A DNA stretch of 54,054 nt from a bacterium UBP6_UBA1196. GTDB taxonomy: Bacteria > UBP6 > UBA1177. Below the pieces are notes generated by a model, which was given only the letters and a program-made list of their open reading frames with translations, was not told the DNA's origin and ran no database searches. The translations under genes were made by a program, and so were the position numbers. Shown here piece by piece: positions 9,530 through 17,441 of this stretch. The stretch lies in the NCBI GenBank assembly GCA_002310035.1, contig DBYC01000053.1, positions 1-54,054 of the forward strand, in the 5' to 3' direction. The first letter of the stretch is position 1; each line of letters begins with the position of its first letter.

Positions 9530-10492
9530 CTATCCTCCTGAAATCGTTTCAAAATATTGTCGGATTATATTCATGTCGTCTGGTAAGTCTGATTTGAACA
9601 GAAAATCTTCGCCCGAAATCGAAAAACCTAGAACTCCTGCGTGAAGCAGCTGCCGCCCCGATGCGGCAAGCAGTTTGTTCAGGGGAGAATCGGGCGATTT
9701 GCGTAACCCGCCGTAAAGTTCGTCATTCACTATCGGATGTCCAAGAAATTTCATGTGCATCCTGATCTGATGTGTCCGCCCTGTTTCAAGCGTGATTCTA
9801 AGCAGTGACGCGTATTTGTATTCATCAATGACTTCGTAGTGCGTCACAGCCTTTCTTCCGTTTTTTACATCGGGCGAGAAGCGGAGACGGTTTTTCGGAT
9901 CCCTTCCGTGGAATGTTGCAACAGTTCCTTTCCGATCCTTCAGTTTTCCCCACACGATGCATGTGTATTCGCGTTTTATGTCATGGCGGGCAAATTTTTC
10001 GGAAAGTTCCTCGAGCGTTTTTTCATTTTTCGCGACGACGAGCAGCCCCGAAGTGTCCTTGTCTATTCTGTGGACAAGCCCGGCTCTGAAATCCGGTGAT
10101 CTAAAAGCTTTTTCCTCCAAATTCAAGTGGCGGACTATTCCGTTGAGCAGCGTTCCTTTCGGATGTCCGTTGCCGGGATGGACAAGCAGTCCTGCAGGTT
10201 TGTTCACGATCAGAAAATTGTCATTCTCAAAAACAATGTCAAGCGGAATATCTTCCGGCTCGGCTGAAACCTGTTCCGGACTGTCGATTTCAAATTCTAT
10301 CAAATCACCTTTTGCTAATTTACAAGTGCTTGATTTTGTTGTTATTTTGCCATTTATTGAAAGGTTCTCCGCACGAATGTTTTTTTGAACCTGTGATCTT
10401 GAAATTCCGAGGATCGAAGAGAGAAGCGTATCGATTCTTGAAATCTCGTTTCTGCAAAGTGAAAAAGCTATAGAAGAACCGTAAAAATCCAA
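9530..10492 (-). CDS. rluD: RluA/RluD-family 23S rRNA pseudouridine synthase
   Basis: S4-like N-terminus (IDTLLSSILGISRSQVQKNIRAENLSINGK), catalytic motif HRIDKDTSGLLVVAKN, and GRTHQIRMHM. Confidence 0.85.
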   Translation of the reverse strand: MDFYGSSIAFSLCRNEISRIDTLLSSILGISRSQVQKNIRAENLSINGKITTKSSTCKLAKGDLIEFEIDSPEQVSAEPEDIPLDIVFENDNFLIVNKPAGLLVHPGNGHPKGTLLNGIVRHLNLEEKAFRSPDFRAGLVHRIDKDTSGLLVVAKNEKTLEELSEKFARHDIKREYTCIVWGKLKDRKGTVATFHGRDPKNRLRFSPDVKNGRKAVTHYEVIDEYKYASLLRITLETGRTHQIRMHMKFLGHPIVNDELYGGLRKSPDSPLNKLLAASGRQLLHAGVLGFSISGEDFLFKSDLPDDMNIIRQYFETISGG

Positions 10493-10568
10493 AACTGCAC
10501 CTTCATGCCAAAAATCAGGTGTAATTATGTTTTTTATATAAACAAAAGCAAGGAAAATGTTGTCGTTT

Positions 10569-11717
10569 TTATTCGATGTTGTGAACGCAGCGGTAATAAA
10601 TTTCGTAGTTGTTATTGGTGGCCGAATAACCTATTTCACCATTTTTAAAACCTACGTACCATGCCTGTGTCGGGTCGTATCCTATAGTGGTCGCCGACCA
10701 TAATTTCCCTTTTTCTCCGAACGGGCTGTGTTCTACGGAAGTGGAACATATGTCTCCGAATACTTTCTTGCAGGATTGATTTGTGTAGCAGATAAGAGAT
10801 TCATGCTCTAAATAAGGGCATTCATTCGTTACCCTGCAGTTTCCGCCGGGTTCAGTGGTTGTGCAGTTTCTGATGACCGTTCTGAGTTCGTTGATCGTCG
10901 GCAGTCTCCAGCCGCTGGTGAATGTTCCTTCTTTGTGTTTTGCACATTTTGATTTTGCTGTGTCCAAATCGGTAGTATCAGCGGATCTGGAAGACCAGAT
11001 AAGATTGCCTGATTTACAGGGGGTAGCCGGATTGACAGAGCATTCATGCAGTCCCTCTTCACCGCTGCCGGTATCGGCGTCGGTGTCCTCGTCGCTGGAT
11101 TCCGCAGAGTCTGCATCATCTGTATCGCTGTCGGCGTCTTCATCTCCAGATTCCGCAGAATCTGAATCATCGGCATCGCTGTCAGCGTCTTCGTCACCGG
11201 ATTCCGCAGAATCTGAATCATCGGTATCGCTGTCAGCGTCCTCGTCGCCGGATTCCGCAGAGTCTGCATCATCAGCATCACTGTCATCGCTGTCCGTTAG
11301 GTCGTTGTCAGTTGTGTCTGAATCAGAGGAGTCGTTGTCGGAGTCATCTTCCGGAGTCGTTTCGTCTTCATCGGGATCCGTGATGAAGGAATCCGAATCT
11401 GATGTTTCTTCATCCGGTGCGGTAGTATCGGCATCTTCATCTGTATCTTCCTGCGTTGTGCCGGTGTCGGTACCAGTATCCGTGTCTGTATCGATATCTG
11501 TGTCTGCACTGATATCGCCGGTATCTGCCGTATCGGTGCCGGTATCTGCTGTATCCGTGTTGGTGTCTCCGGTATCCGTTGTGTCGTTATCAGAAGTTCC
11601 GGTGTCGGAAGTGTCTGAACCTGTGTCTGCCGGAAAAATGTCCTCTTCATTATGTTTTGAGCATGAAGCAAGGATAAACAGGCTGAAAATCGAGAAAACA
11701 ATAAAAAACTTTTTCAT
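10569..11717 (-). CDS. acidic-repeat lipoprotein with C-terminal DUF1566 (Lcl C-terminal-like) domain
   Basis: Signal plus lipobox (FILASC), ~200 aa of D/T/S/E repeats, and a C-terminal domain with WRLPTINELRTVIRNC...WSATT...YYRCV, typical of DUF1566. Confidence 0.75.
   Translation of the reverse strand: MKKFFIVFSIFSLFILASCSKHNEEDIFPADTGSDTSDTGTSDNDTTDTGDTNTDTADTGTDTADTGDISADTDIDTDTDTGTDTGTTQEDTDEDADTTAPDEETSDSDSFITDPDEDETTPEDDSDNDSSDSDTTDNDLTDSDDSDADDADSAESGDEDADSDTDDSDSAESGDEDADSDADDSDSAESGDEDADSDTDDADSAESSDEDTDADTGSGEEGLHECSVNPATPCKSGNLIWSSRSADTTDLDTAKSKCAKHKEGTFTSGWRLPTINELRTVIRNCTTTEPGGNCRVTNECPYLEHESLICYTNQSCKKVFGDICSTSVEHSPFGEKGKLWSATTIGYDPTQAWYVGFKNGEIGYSATNNNYEIYYRCVHNIE
11098..11295 (-). 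repeat. coding tandem repeat, about four copies of a 51-nt (17-aa) unit
   Basis: GATTCCGCAGA(G/A)TCTG... recurs at 11098, 11149, 11200 and 11251 (exact 51-nt period). It encodes SAESGDEDADSD(T/A)DD(S/A)D on the minus strand. Confidence 0.85.
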
Positions 11718-11805
11718 AAGACTCCTCTCAAAAACAAAAAATCAAAAAAGCCGTTAATTATAGGGAAAAAATTGAAAAAGGCAAGGTTTTGTTCTTTTTG
11801 CCGCC

Positions 11806-11872
11806 TGTCGAAATCTCGATTTGCTGCTGTCGACATATCGATCCGCCGACGTCGATATATCGAAATATCGAC
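11806..11872. promoter_or_regulatory. candidate operator array: three direct copies of a 15-nt dyad motif at 22-bp phasing plus an overlapping inverted copy
   Basis: tgtcgaaatctcgat (11806), tgtcgacatatcgat (11828) and cgtcgatatatcgaa (11850). GTCGATAT-N6-ATATCGAC spans 11851-11872. The array lies between the divergent 10569 gene and htpG. Confidence 0.35.
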
Positions 11873-11899
11873 AGATAATCGGCGGCGTCAAAAAAGAGC

Positions 11900-11930
11900 C
11901 TTGACTTTGGTCGATCCGTTCCTATATATC
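11900..11930 (+). promoter_or_regulatory. candidate htpG promoter (sigma-70-like; also resembles the sigma-32 pattern CTTGA-N-CC.ATAT)
   Basis: cTTGACT (11900-11906), 16 nt, then TATATA (11923-11928), about 45 nt upstream of the htpG ATG. CCTATATAT partly resembles a heat-shock -10. Confidence 0.35.
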
Positions 11931-11970
11931 ACCGCGGTTTTTTTTATTATGTTTTTTTTCGGAGGAGAAA

Positions 11971-13920
11971 ATGGCTGAAAAAAGTTTCAAGGCCGAGACC
12001 AAAAAACTGCTTGACCTTATGATCAATTCGATCTACACGAACCGCGAGATTTTCCTGAGAGAACTTATTTCAAACGCGAGCGACGCGATAGACAAACTTA
12101 AATTCAAATCGTTGACTGAACCTGATCTTTTGAAAGAGTGCGACGAACCTGAGATCAGGATAACACCGGATAAGGAACTTAAAACACTGACGATTTCCGA
12201 TAACGGAATCGGCATGAGCTACAACGATGTTGTTGAAAACATCGGAACTATCGCCCACAGCGGCTCGAAAGAGTTTTTTGAAAAAATGGCTGCCGAAAAA
12301 GGTGAAGGCGAAAAGAACGCAGCCGAATTCATCGGTCAGTTCGGTGTCGGTTTCTACAGCGCTTTCATGGTTGCCGACAGAGTGAAAATCAAAACGAGAG
12401 CTGCGGGTGCTCCTGCTTCGGAAGGTGTTGTCTGGGAATCGAAAGGCGACGGCGTCTACACGATCGACAAGACTGAAATCGACAAGTGCGGAACAGAGAT
12501 CACCCTTTACCTCAAGAACGATGCGGTGAAAGAGATGATGCTTCTCGACAGATACGAGCTTGAGGAACTTGTTTCGAAATACAGCGATTTCATCCGCTAC
12601 CCGATAAAAATGATGATCGAAAATGAAGTTCCGGAAGAAAAAGACGCTGACGGAAACGTCACGAAAGAGAAGGAGACTGTTCTTGAGGACAAGACTCTGA
12701 ACTCGATGAAACCGCTCTGGAACAGGGAAAAGTCCGATGTAAAGGAAGAGGAATACAAGGAATTTTACCGCCACACTTTCCATTCCTACGACGAGCCGAT
12801 GGACGTGATCCAGACGAAAGGCGAGGGACAGGTCGAATACACCGCGCTCCTTTTCATCCCGTCCGAAACGCCGTTCAACTTCTATTCGTCGCAGTTTGAA
12901 AGAGGCCTCGCGCTTTACTGCAAGCAGATCTTCATCATGGAAAAATGCAAGGATCTGATCCCCGAATACCTCGGTTTTGTAAAAGGTGTCGTCGACAGTC
13001 CCGATTTTTCGCTCAACATTTCGCGTGAGATCCTTCAGCACAGCAGCCAGCTCAGGATAATCTCGAAAAACCTCGAGAAAAAGATACTTGCTTCGCTCAA
13101 ATACATGCTCGAAAACGACCGTGAGAAATACATCAAATTCTGGAAGGAGTTCGGCCGCGCGATGAAGGCAGGCGTTTACTCCGATTTCGGTGCTCACAAG
13201 GAAAAGTTGCAGGATCTTCTTCTTTTCGAATCGTCGAAATGTGACGGAATGACGACTTTGGGCGAATACGTCAAGAGGATGCCGGAAGGACAGAAGGAAA
13301 TATACTACGCGGCAGGAAAGGACAAAGAATCCATCGCCGGGATACCGCAGATGGAAGTTGTCAGCGAAAAAGGCTACGAAGTTCTCTACTTCACTGATAA
13401 GATCGATGAATTCGCTTCAACCATGCTCGTAAATTATCAGGAAAAACCGCTCAAAAACATCGCGGCGGAAGACCTGAATCTCGACACAGACGAAGAAAAA
13501 AAGGCGAAAGAAGAAAAACGCAAAGAGAAAGAGGAAGAGAGCAAATCTCTGCTTGAAACCATCAAAAAATATCTGGGAAGCGAAGTGAGCGAAGTGCGCC
13601 TTTCGTCAAGGCTCAAAAACAGCGCAGTCTGCCTTGTAAGCGGCGCAGGACTCAGCCTTAACATGGAGCAGGTCCTTTCGGAAGCGACAATGTCGAGCAT
13701 GCCTTCTCCGAAAGCGCAGAGGATCCTGGAAATCAATCCTGACCACAAGATTTTTGAAAAACTTACCGAGATTTACAATGCCGATCCTGAATCTCCGAAA
13801 CTCAAAGATATGGCGGAAGTTCTCTACGACCAGGCACTTATCATCGAAGGGATCACACCGAAAAATCCGGTAAAATTCGCAAACCAGATTTCGTCACTTC
13901 TGTCAGAAATTTCGTTATAA
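11971..13920 (+). CDS. htpG: molecular chaperone HtpG (Hsp90)
   Basis: 649 aa with GGAGGAG RBS. Hsp90 signatures: FLRELISNASDAIDKLKF, IGQFGVGFYSAFMVAD, and the full middle and C-terminal domains. Confidence 0.95.
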   Translation: MAEKSFKAETKKLLDLMINSIYTNREIFLRELISNASDAIDKLKFKSLTEPDLLKECDEPEIRITPDKELKTLTISDNGIGMSYNDVVENIGTIAHSGSKEFFEKMAAEKGEGEKNAAEFIGQFGVGFYSAFMVADRVKIKTRAAGAPASEGVVWESKGDGVYTIDKTEIDKCGTEITLYLKNDAVKEMMLLDRYELEELVSKYSDFIRYPIKMMIENEVPEEKDADGNVTKEKETVLEDKTLNSMKPLWNREKSDVKEEEYKEFYRHTFHSYDEPMDVIQTKGEGQVEYTALLFIPSETPFNFYSSQFERGLALYCKQIFIMEKCKDLIPEYLGFVKGVVDSPDFSLNISREILQHSSQLRIISKNLEKKILASLKYMLENDREKYIKFWKEFGRAMKAGVYSDFGAHKEKLQDLLLFESSKCDGMTTLGEYVKRMPEGQKEIYYAAGKDKESIAGIPQMEVVSEKGYEVLYFTDKIDEFASTMLVNYQEKPLKNIAAEDLNLDTDEEKKAKEEKRKEKEEESKSLLETIKKYLGSEVSEVRLSSRLKNSAVCLVSGAGLSLNMEQVLSEATMSSMPSPKAQRILEINPDHKIFEKLTEIYNADPESPKLKDMAEVLYDQALIIEGITPKNPVKFANQISSLLSEISL

Positions 13921-13939
13921 GGATGGGGAAAATTGGTAA

Positions 13940-13965
13940 AGAGACGTTTCAGGAAACGTCTCTAC
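13940..13965 (-). repeat. REP-like palindrome copy 1 (GTAG head on minus strand); likely also a bidirectional terminator hairpin between htpG and rayT
   Basis: AGAGACGTTTC-AG-GAAACGTCTCT is a perfect 11-bp stem (13940-13963) with CTAC at 13962-13965. It overlaps the rayT stop codon (13949-13951). Confidence 0.7.
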
Positions 13966-14608
13966 AAAAACAATCTTCTTCCCATCTTTTCACATTGTTT
14001 TTGATATACTCAGAAACAAGATCTAATTCTTTCTGATTTCTGATTATATGGTCATGAAAACCGGATTGCCATGCAAATTCAATATTATTTTGCTTTGCAA
14101 AGCGCGTTACCGACTGTTTGAATTGACGTATCACGACAGACAACCACGATTGTTTGTTTGTGGCACATTCCATTCCCTTTGTTGTAGAGACGTTTCCTGA
14201 AACGTCTCCTCCTGTTTCTGAAACGTCTCCTGTTTGTGAAACCTCTCCTGTTTGTGAAATGTTTTCTAAAACAGGAATATCCCGTTTTTTATGCGGCAGT
14301 CTGCCGATGTCAATCGACACGATAAGATGAACGTGGTTCGGCATTACCGTCCATAAAGGTATTTCTGCATATAAATGGTGTTCATGAATCCTCTCCATTC
14401 TTTGTCTTACATATTTTCCAGTTTCAGATAGAATCATTTCGTTATTTTCGATTGTTCCGAAAAAATATTCTCTATTTTTGGTGCAAATGGTCACAAAATA
14501 AAATCCGTCATCATAATCATGCCATTTCGCCCGTGCCGAATCTATGCGGTATTTGTTCCTAAATTTCTCGCAATCTATTGTAAACATTGCACATTTCTCC
14601 GTAAACAC
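13949..14608 (-). CDS. REP-associated tyrosine (Y1, HUH) transposase, RayT / IS200-like transposase domain
   Basis: FYFVTICTKNREYFFG, HUH motif MPNHVHLIVS, and C-terminal FHDHIIRN...SEYIKNN (Tyr helix). Carries an insert (SQTGEVSQTGDVSETGGDVSGNVS) encoded by a REP copy plus 18-nt repeats. Confidence 0.8.
   Translation of the reverse strand: MFTEKCAMFTIDCEKFRNKYRIDSARAKWHDYDDGFYFVTICTKNREYFFGTIENNEMILSETGKYVRQRMERIHEHHLYAEIPLWTVMPNHVHLIVSIDIGRLPHKKRDIPVLENISQTGEVSQTGDVSETGGDVSGNVSTTKGMECATNKQSWLSVVIRQFKQSVTRFAKQNNIEFAWQSGFHDHIIRNQKELDLVSEYIKNNVKRWEEDCFCRDVS
14184..14266 (+). repeat. REP-like palindrome copy 2 (inside the rayT ORF) followed by decaying 18-nt tandem copies of its right arm
   Basis: GTAG-AGACGTTTC-CT-GAAACGTCTC (14184-14208), then tgtttctgaaacgtctcc, tgtttgtgaaacctctcc and tgtttgtgaaatgttttc (14213-14266). 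Confidence 0.7.
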
Positions 14609-14741
14609 AAAATACCACTTTATTCATCTTTGCCAACCGAAACTTGAAGTTGTTTTTAATGATAATCCTTGTTAAGTCAACAAAAATCTGATTTTGGAAA
14701 ATTTGTTCGTGGCTTGTCGAAGCAAAATACGACCGCGAGAC

Positions 14742-15230
14742 CTATCTTACACAGCGGACCCAGAGCTTGGTACTCTTATTGAGGTAGCCCACATCCCCAG
14801 TGAGAAAACCCACATTCCAAGCGATATTGGAATTATCGGATTCAGATGAAGACCAAAGAGTAATATTCTCATCATCACCCAGAAGGCTGTAATGTCCGCC
14901 ATCGTCGCAATGACAGTCATTTAAGCTCCAGTCATCCAGAGAGAGATGATCAGGGGCTGAAATAGCGCATGAACCGCCTGTCTGCGAATTTTGACAGTTT
15001 TGAATAAGCGTTCTTAACTCGTTTATATTCGGAAGCCGCCAGTCGGAATATCCGCATTCGTTCAACCCGTCACAGTAATCAAGTGCTTCCTGCCACTCCA
15101 TGGTATCCGATGACAGTGGCGACCACCAGCCGCTGTTGATTGTTGCGCAGTTTCCTGAATTATCGCCGCCGCCGCAACCAATCATCAAAACCATTGCAAT
15201 CATTGCAAAACAAACAAAAAATCTTTTCAT
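14742..15230 (-). CDS. DUF1566-domain lipoprotein
   Basis: Start taken at MKRFFVCFAMIAMVLMIGCGG (lipobox). Shares WRLPNINELRTLIQNC...LWSSS...LWVRCVR with the 10569 gene's C-terminal domain. Confidence 0.7.
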   Translation of the reverse strand: MKRFFVCFAMIAMVLMIGCGGGDNSGNCATINSGWWSPLSSDTMEWQEALDYCDGLNECGYSDWRLPNINELRTLIQNCQNSQTGGSCAISAPDHLSLDDWSLNDCHCDDGGHYSLLGDDENITLWSSSESDNSNIAWNVGFLTGDVGYLNKSTKLWVRCVR

Positions 15231-15576
15231 ACTAAACCTCCCCAATAAAAAAAGTTTCTAAAATTATTGAATCTTTTGTAGAAGAACTTGATTGCATTGT
15301 GCCTCGAAAAAACCTCGCTTCTAACCCATCTCCGGAGAGGGAAATTAAAAACGAAAAATTTTAGAGAGATGCACTTGAAAGGCAAGTTTTTGCAGGCGAG
15401 CCACCCGCGCTCCGGCAAATATTCCCATCGCCGTATTGTAGAGGTTGGATGAGGTCGGAGATTTTTAATTATTTGTCGTTTAACGGTGGTAAAGTTAAAA
15501 AAAAACAGACATTGCCACCTTTAACTTGCGTTTTTCTCGAATTTTCGTAAAGTAGAAAGACTTTGTGGAGGTTGTG

Positions 15577-16806
15577 ATGAAAAAAATTTATAATCGTGAA
15601 TATTACTTGAAAAAAATACGCGGTTTTTACGACAGCGATTTGATAAAAGTCATAAGCGGTGTGCGCCGCTGCGGAAAATCCTGCTTTCTGGAATCGGTTA
15701 TCAATGATTTGAAAAAGCGCGGTGTTCCGGAAAATGACATTGTTTATATCAACCTGGATATGCGCGGTTTTCGGAGCGTAACCACTGCCGACCAGCTTGA
15801 CGAACTCATTGCCGCTAAACTTCCTGACAGCAAAATGAAATATCTTTTTATTGACGAAATCCAGAATGTGAAGGACTTCGAGCCTGTCATCAACAGTTTC
15901 CGAGAAGAAGGAAATGTTTCGATTTTCATCACCGGTTCGAACTCGTATCTGCTGAGCGGCGAGCTTGCGACAAAACTCACCGGCCGTTACATCGAAATCG
16001 AGATGTTTCCTCTGAATTTCGGCGAATACCTTGAAATGAAAGCATTTTTAGGAAAACCTCTCTCTGACAACAAAGCTGAGGAATTTGACGAATATCTGCG
16101 TTTCGGAGGTTTCCCGAAAACTCTTGAATTTGATGATCCTGTTGACAAAGAGCTTTATGTAAAGGATGTCATTGAGCAGATTTTTGAAAAAGACATTCTG
16201 AAGTTTCGCAAAATCCGCAACAGATCGCTTTTCGAGCGGGTTATGAACTATATCATCAACAATTTCGGCGCAACAACCAACCTTCAGAATATATTGAGGT
16301 ATTTCCGCAACGAAGAGGGTATTCCGATAAAGCAGGAAACTTTGCACGGTTACATAAAGATTCTTGAAAATGCCAAAATCATTTACAAATGCCCGCGATT
16401 CGACATCAAATCCAGAAAGTCGCTCAAAGGGGAACAGAAGTACTATCTTGCCGATCTCAGCATCTGTTTTTCGCGCAATGTCGACCGCAGAATCAACTAT
16501 TGTCCGGCACTTGAGAACATCGTTTACACTTATCTTACATCCCGCGGATATTCAATGAGTGTCGGCAGGATCGGCAATCTGGAATGTGATTTTATTACAC
16601 GAAAAAACATGGATTACTATTACATTCAGGTCGCAATGACAATCGCCGAAAGAAAAACGGAAGACCGCGAATACGCCCCTTTTGGGAAAATACGCGACAA
16701 CTACCCGAAATATCTTTTTACTTTAGACCCGCTTCTGCAAAGGCGTGACGGCGTGAAACACTGCAATATCATCAATTTTATCGCTAAAGGCGAAGAGCTG
16801 TTATAA
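15577..16806 (+). CDS. AAA-family ATPase with DUF4143 C-terminal domain
   Basis: GGAGG 5 nt before the ATG at 15577. Walker A GVRRCGKS and Walker B-like YLFIDEIQ; length and order match the common AAA_14 + DUF4143 architecture. Confidence 0.8.
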   Translation: MKKIYNREYYLKKIRGFYDSDLIKVISGVRRCGKSCFLESVINDLKKRGVPENDIVYINLDMRGFRSVTTADQLDELIAAKLPDSKMKYLFIDEIQNVKDFEPVINSFREEGNVSIFITGSNSYLLSGELATKLTGRYIEIEMFPLNFGEYLEMKAFLGKPLSDNKAEEFDEYLRFGGFPKTLEFDDPVDKELYVKDVIEQIFEKDILKFRKIRNRSLFERVMNYIINNFGATTNLQNILRYFRNEEGIPIKQETLHGYIKILENAKIIYKCPRFDIKSRKSLKGEQKYYLADLSICFSRNVDRRINYCPALENIVYTYLTSRGYSMSVGRIGNLECDFITRKNMDYYYIQVAMTIAERKTEDREYAPFGKIRDNYPKYLFTLDPLLQRRDGVKHCNIINFIAKGEELL

Positions 16807-16870
16807 TATAAATTTATTTCCCGAAAATTTCTGCTAATATGCCGCCGTTTAAATTTCTTTGAGGTGTAAG

Positions 16871-17437
16871 ATGAAAAAAGAACTTAAAAAGGCTTTCGGC
16901 GAGCTTCTTGCCGAAATGAAGGACAAGGCTCTTGCCGAAAAGGTCGTTGAAGTGTGGGCCGACTGCGCGAAAGAGGGCGGCTGGAAAAACTATGACGAGC
17001 TTTGCGAGATTCCGTTCACGCTTCTCACTCCGACTGACGGCGTAAACCTGATCGAGCACACTGTCGCGGTCACGAAAGGGGCTCTGGGCATAGCCAAGGC
17101 GATGATTTCAACCTACAAAAAAGTGCCGTTTGAGATCAATCTGGACTGGGTCATCGCAGGCGGTTTACTGCATGATGTCGGCAAGCTCATGGAGATAGAG
17201 AAAGTTGACGGCGCATACAGGAAAAGTTATGCCGGAAAGTGCGCGCGTCACCCGATAAGCGGAGCGATCGCAGCCGCGAAACACGACCTTCCGCTTGAGA
17301 TCCAGAATATCATCATCTGCCACGCGAAGGAAGGCGAGGGGAGACCGCAGAGGATCGAAGGCGTTTTCATCCATCAGGCCGATTTCGCGACCTTCAATCC
17401 CGCTGTCATGAAAGAAAAAGGACAGCTTATTCTGTAA
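16871..17437 (+). CDS. HD-domain metal-dependent phosphohydrolase
   Basis: GAGGTG RBS before the ATG at 16871. HD signature LLHDVGK, with later ARHPISG and ICHAKEGEG / HQADF. Confidence 0.75.
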   Translation: MKKELKKAFGELLAEMKDKALAEKVVEVWADCAKEGGWKNYDELCEIPFTLLTPTDGVNLIEHTVAVTKGALGIAKAMISTYKKVPFEINLDWVIAGGLLHDVGKLMEIEKVDGAYRKSYAGKCARHPISGAIAAAKHDLPLEIQNIIICHAKEGEGRPQRIEGVFIHQADFATFNPAVMKEKGQLIL

Positions 17438-17441
17438 AATT

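Noticed and set aside
11098-11295. Regularly spaced direct repeats that might be a CRISPR array (also 14213..14266).
   Set aside because: The units are contiguous with no unique spacers, lie in-frame inside ORFs and encode peptide repeats. No cas genes or leader are present.
10855-11757. 300-aa Ser-rich plus-strand ORF mirroring the acidic lipoprotein gene.
   Set aside because: The minus strand encodes a signal peptide, a lipobox and a C-terminal DUF1566-like domain. The plus-strand ORF is just the complement of GA(T/C)/GA(A/G)-rich repeats.
12070-13197. Long antisense ORFs opposite well-supported genes: 375 aa opposite htpG, and also 8179..9363, 20472..21458, 22481..23332, 25486..26310 and 52044..52718.
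   Set aside because: Their translations are low-complexity (R/F/S/V-rich) with no recognisable motifs. The opposite strand carries unmistakable family signatures (Hsp90, secretin, GspE, GlgA). Such shadow ORFs are expected from codon-phase bias.
13941-13960. Paired GAGACG / CGTCTC sites (type IIS BsmBI/Esp3I recognition sequences facing each other) that might be a cloning or synthetic-DNA scar.
   Set aside because: The same palindrome recurs in several degenerate versions (with arm repeats) next to a RayT-type transposase, always with a GTAG head. This fits a natural REP family far better than a vector remnant.
15227-15418. 63-aa minus-strand ORF in the 320-nt gap between the DUF1566 lipoprotein and the AAA ATPase genes; also a possible structured RNA there.
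   Set aside because: It has no RBS, overlaps the lipoprotein start and has an odd composition. The apparent symmetry at 15485-15525 (ggtggtaaagtt / ccacctttaac) is complementary but not reverse-complementary, so it cannot form a hairpin.
13949-16806. Idea that RayT, the DUF1566 lipoprotein and the AAA/DUF4143 ATPase form a defence island.
   Set aside because: AAA_14/DUF4143 ATPases are widespread stand-alone genes. I found no nuclease, methylase, toxin-antitoxin or other effector partner. The three genes are on different strands with long gaps.
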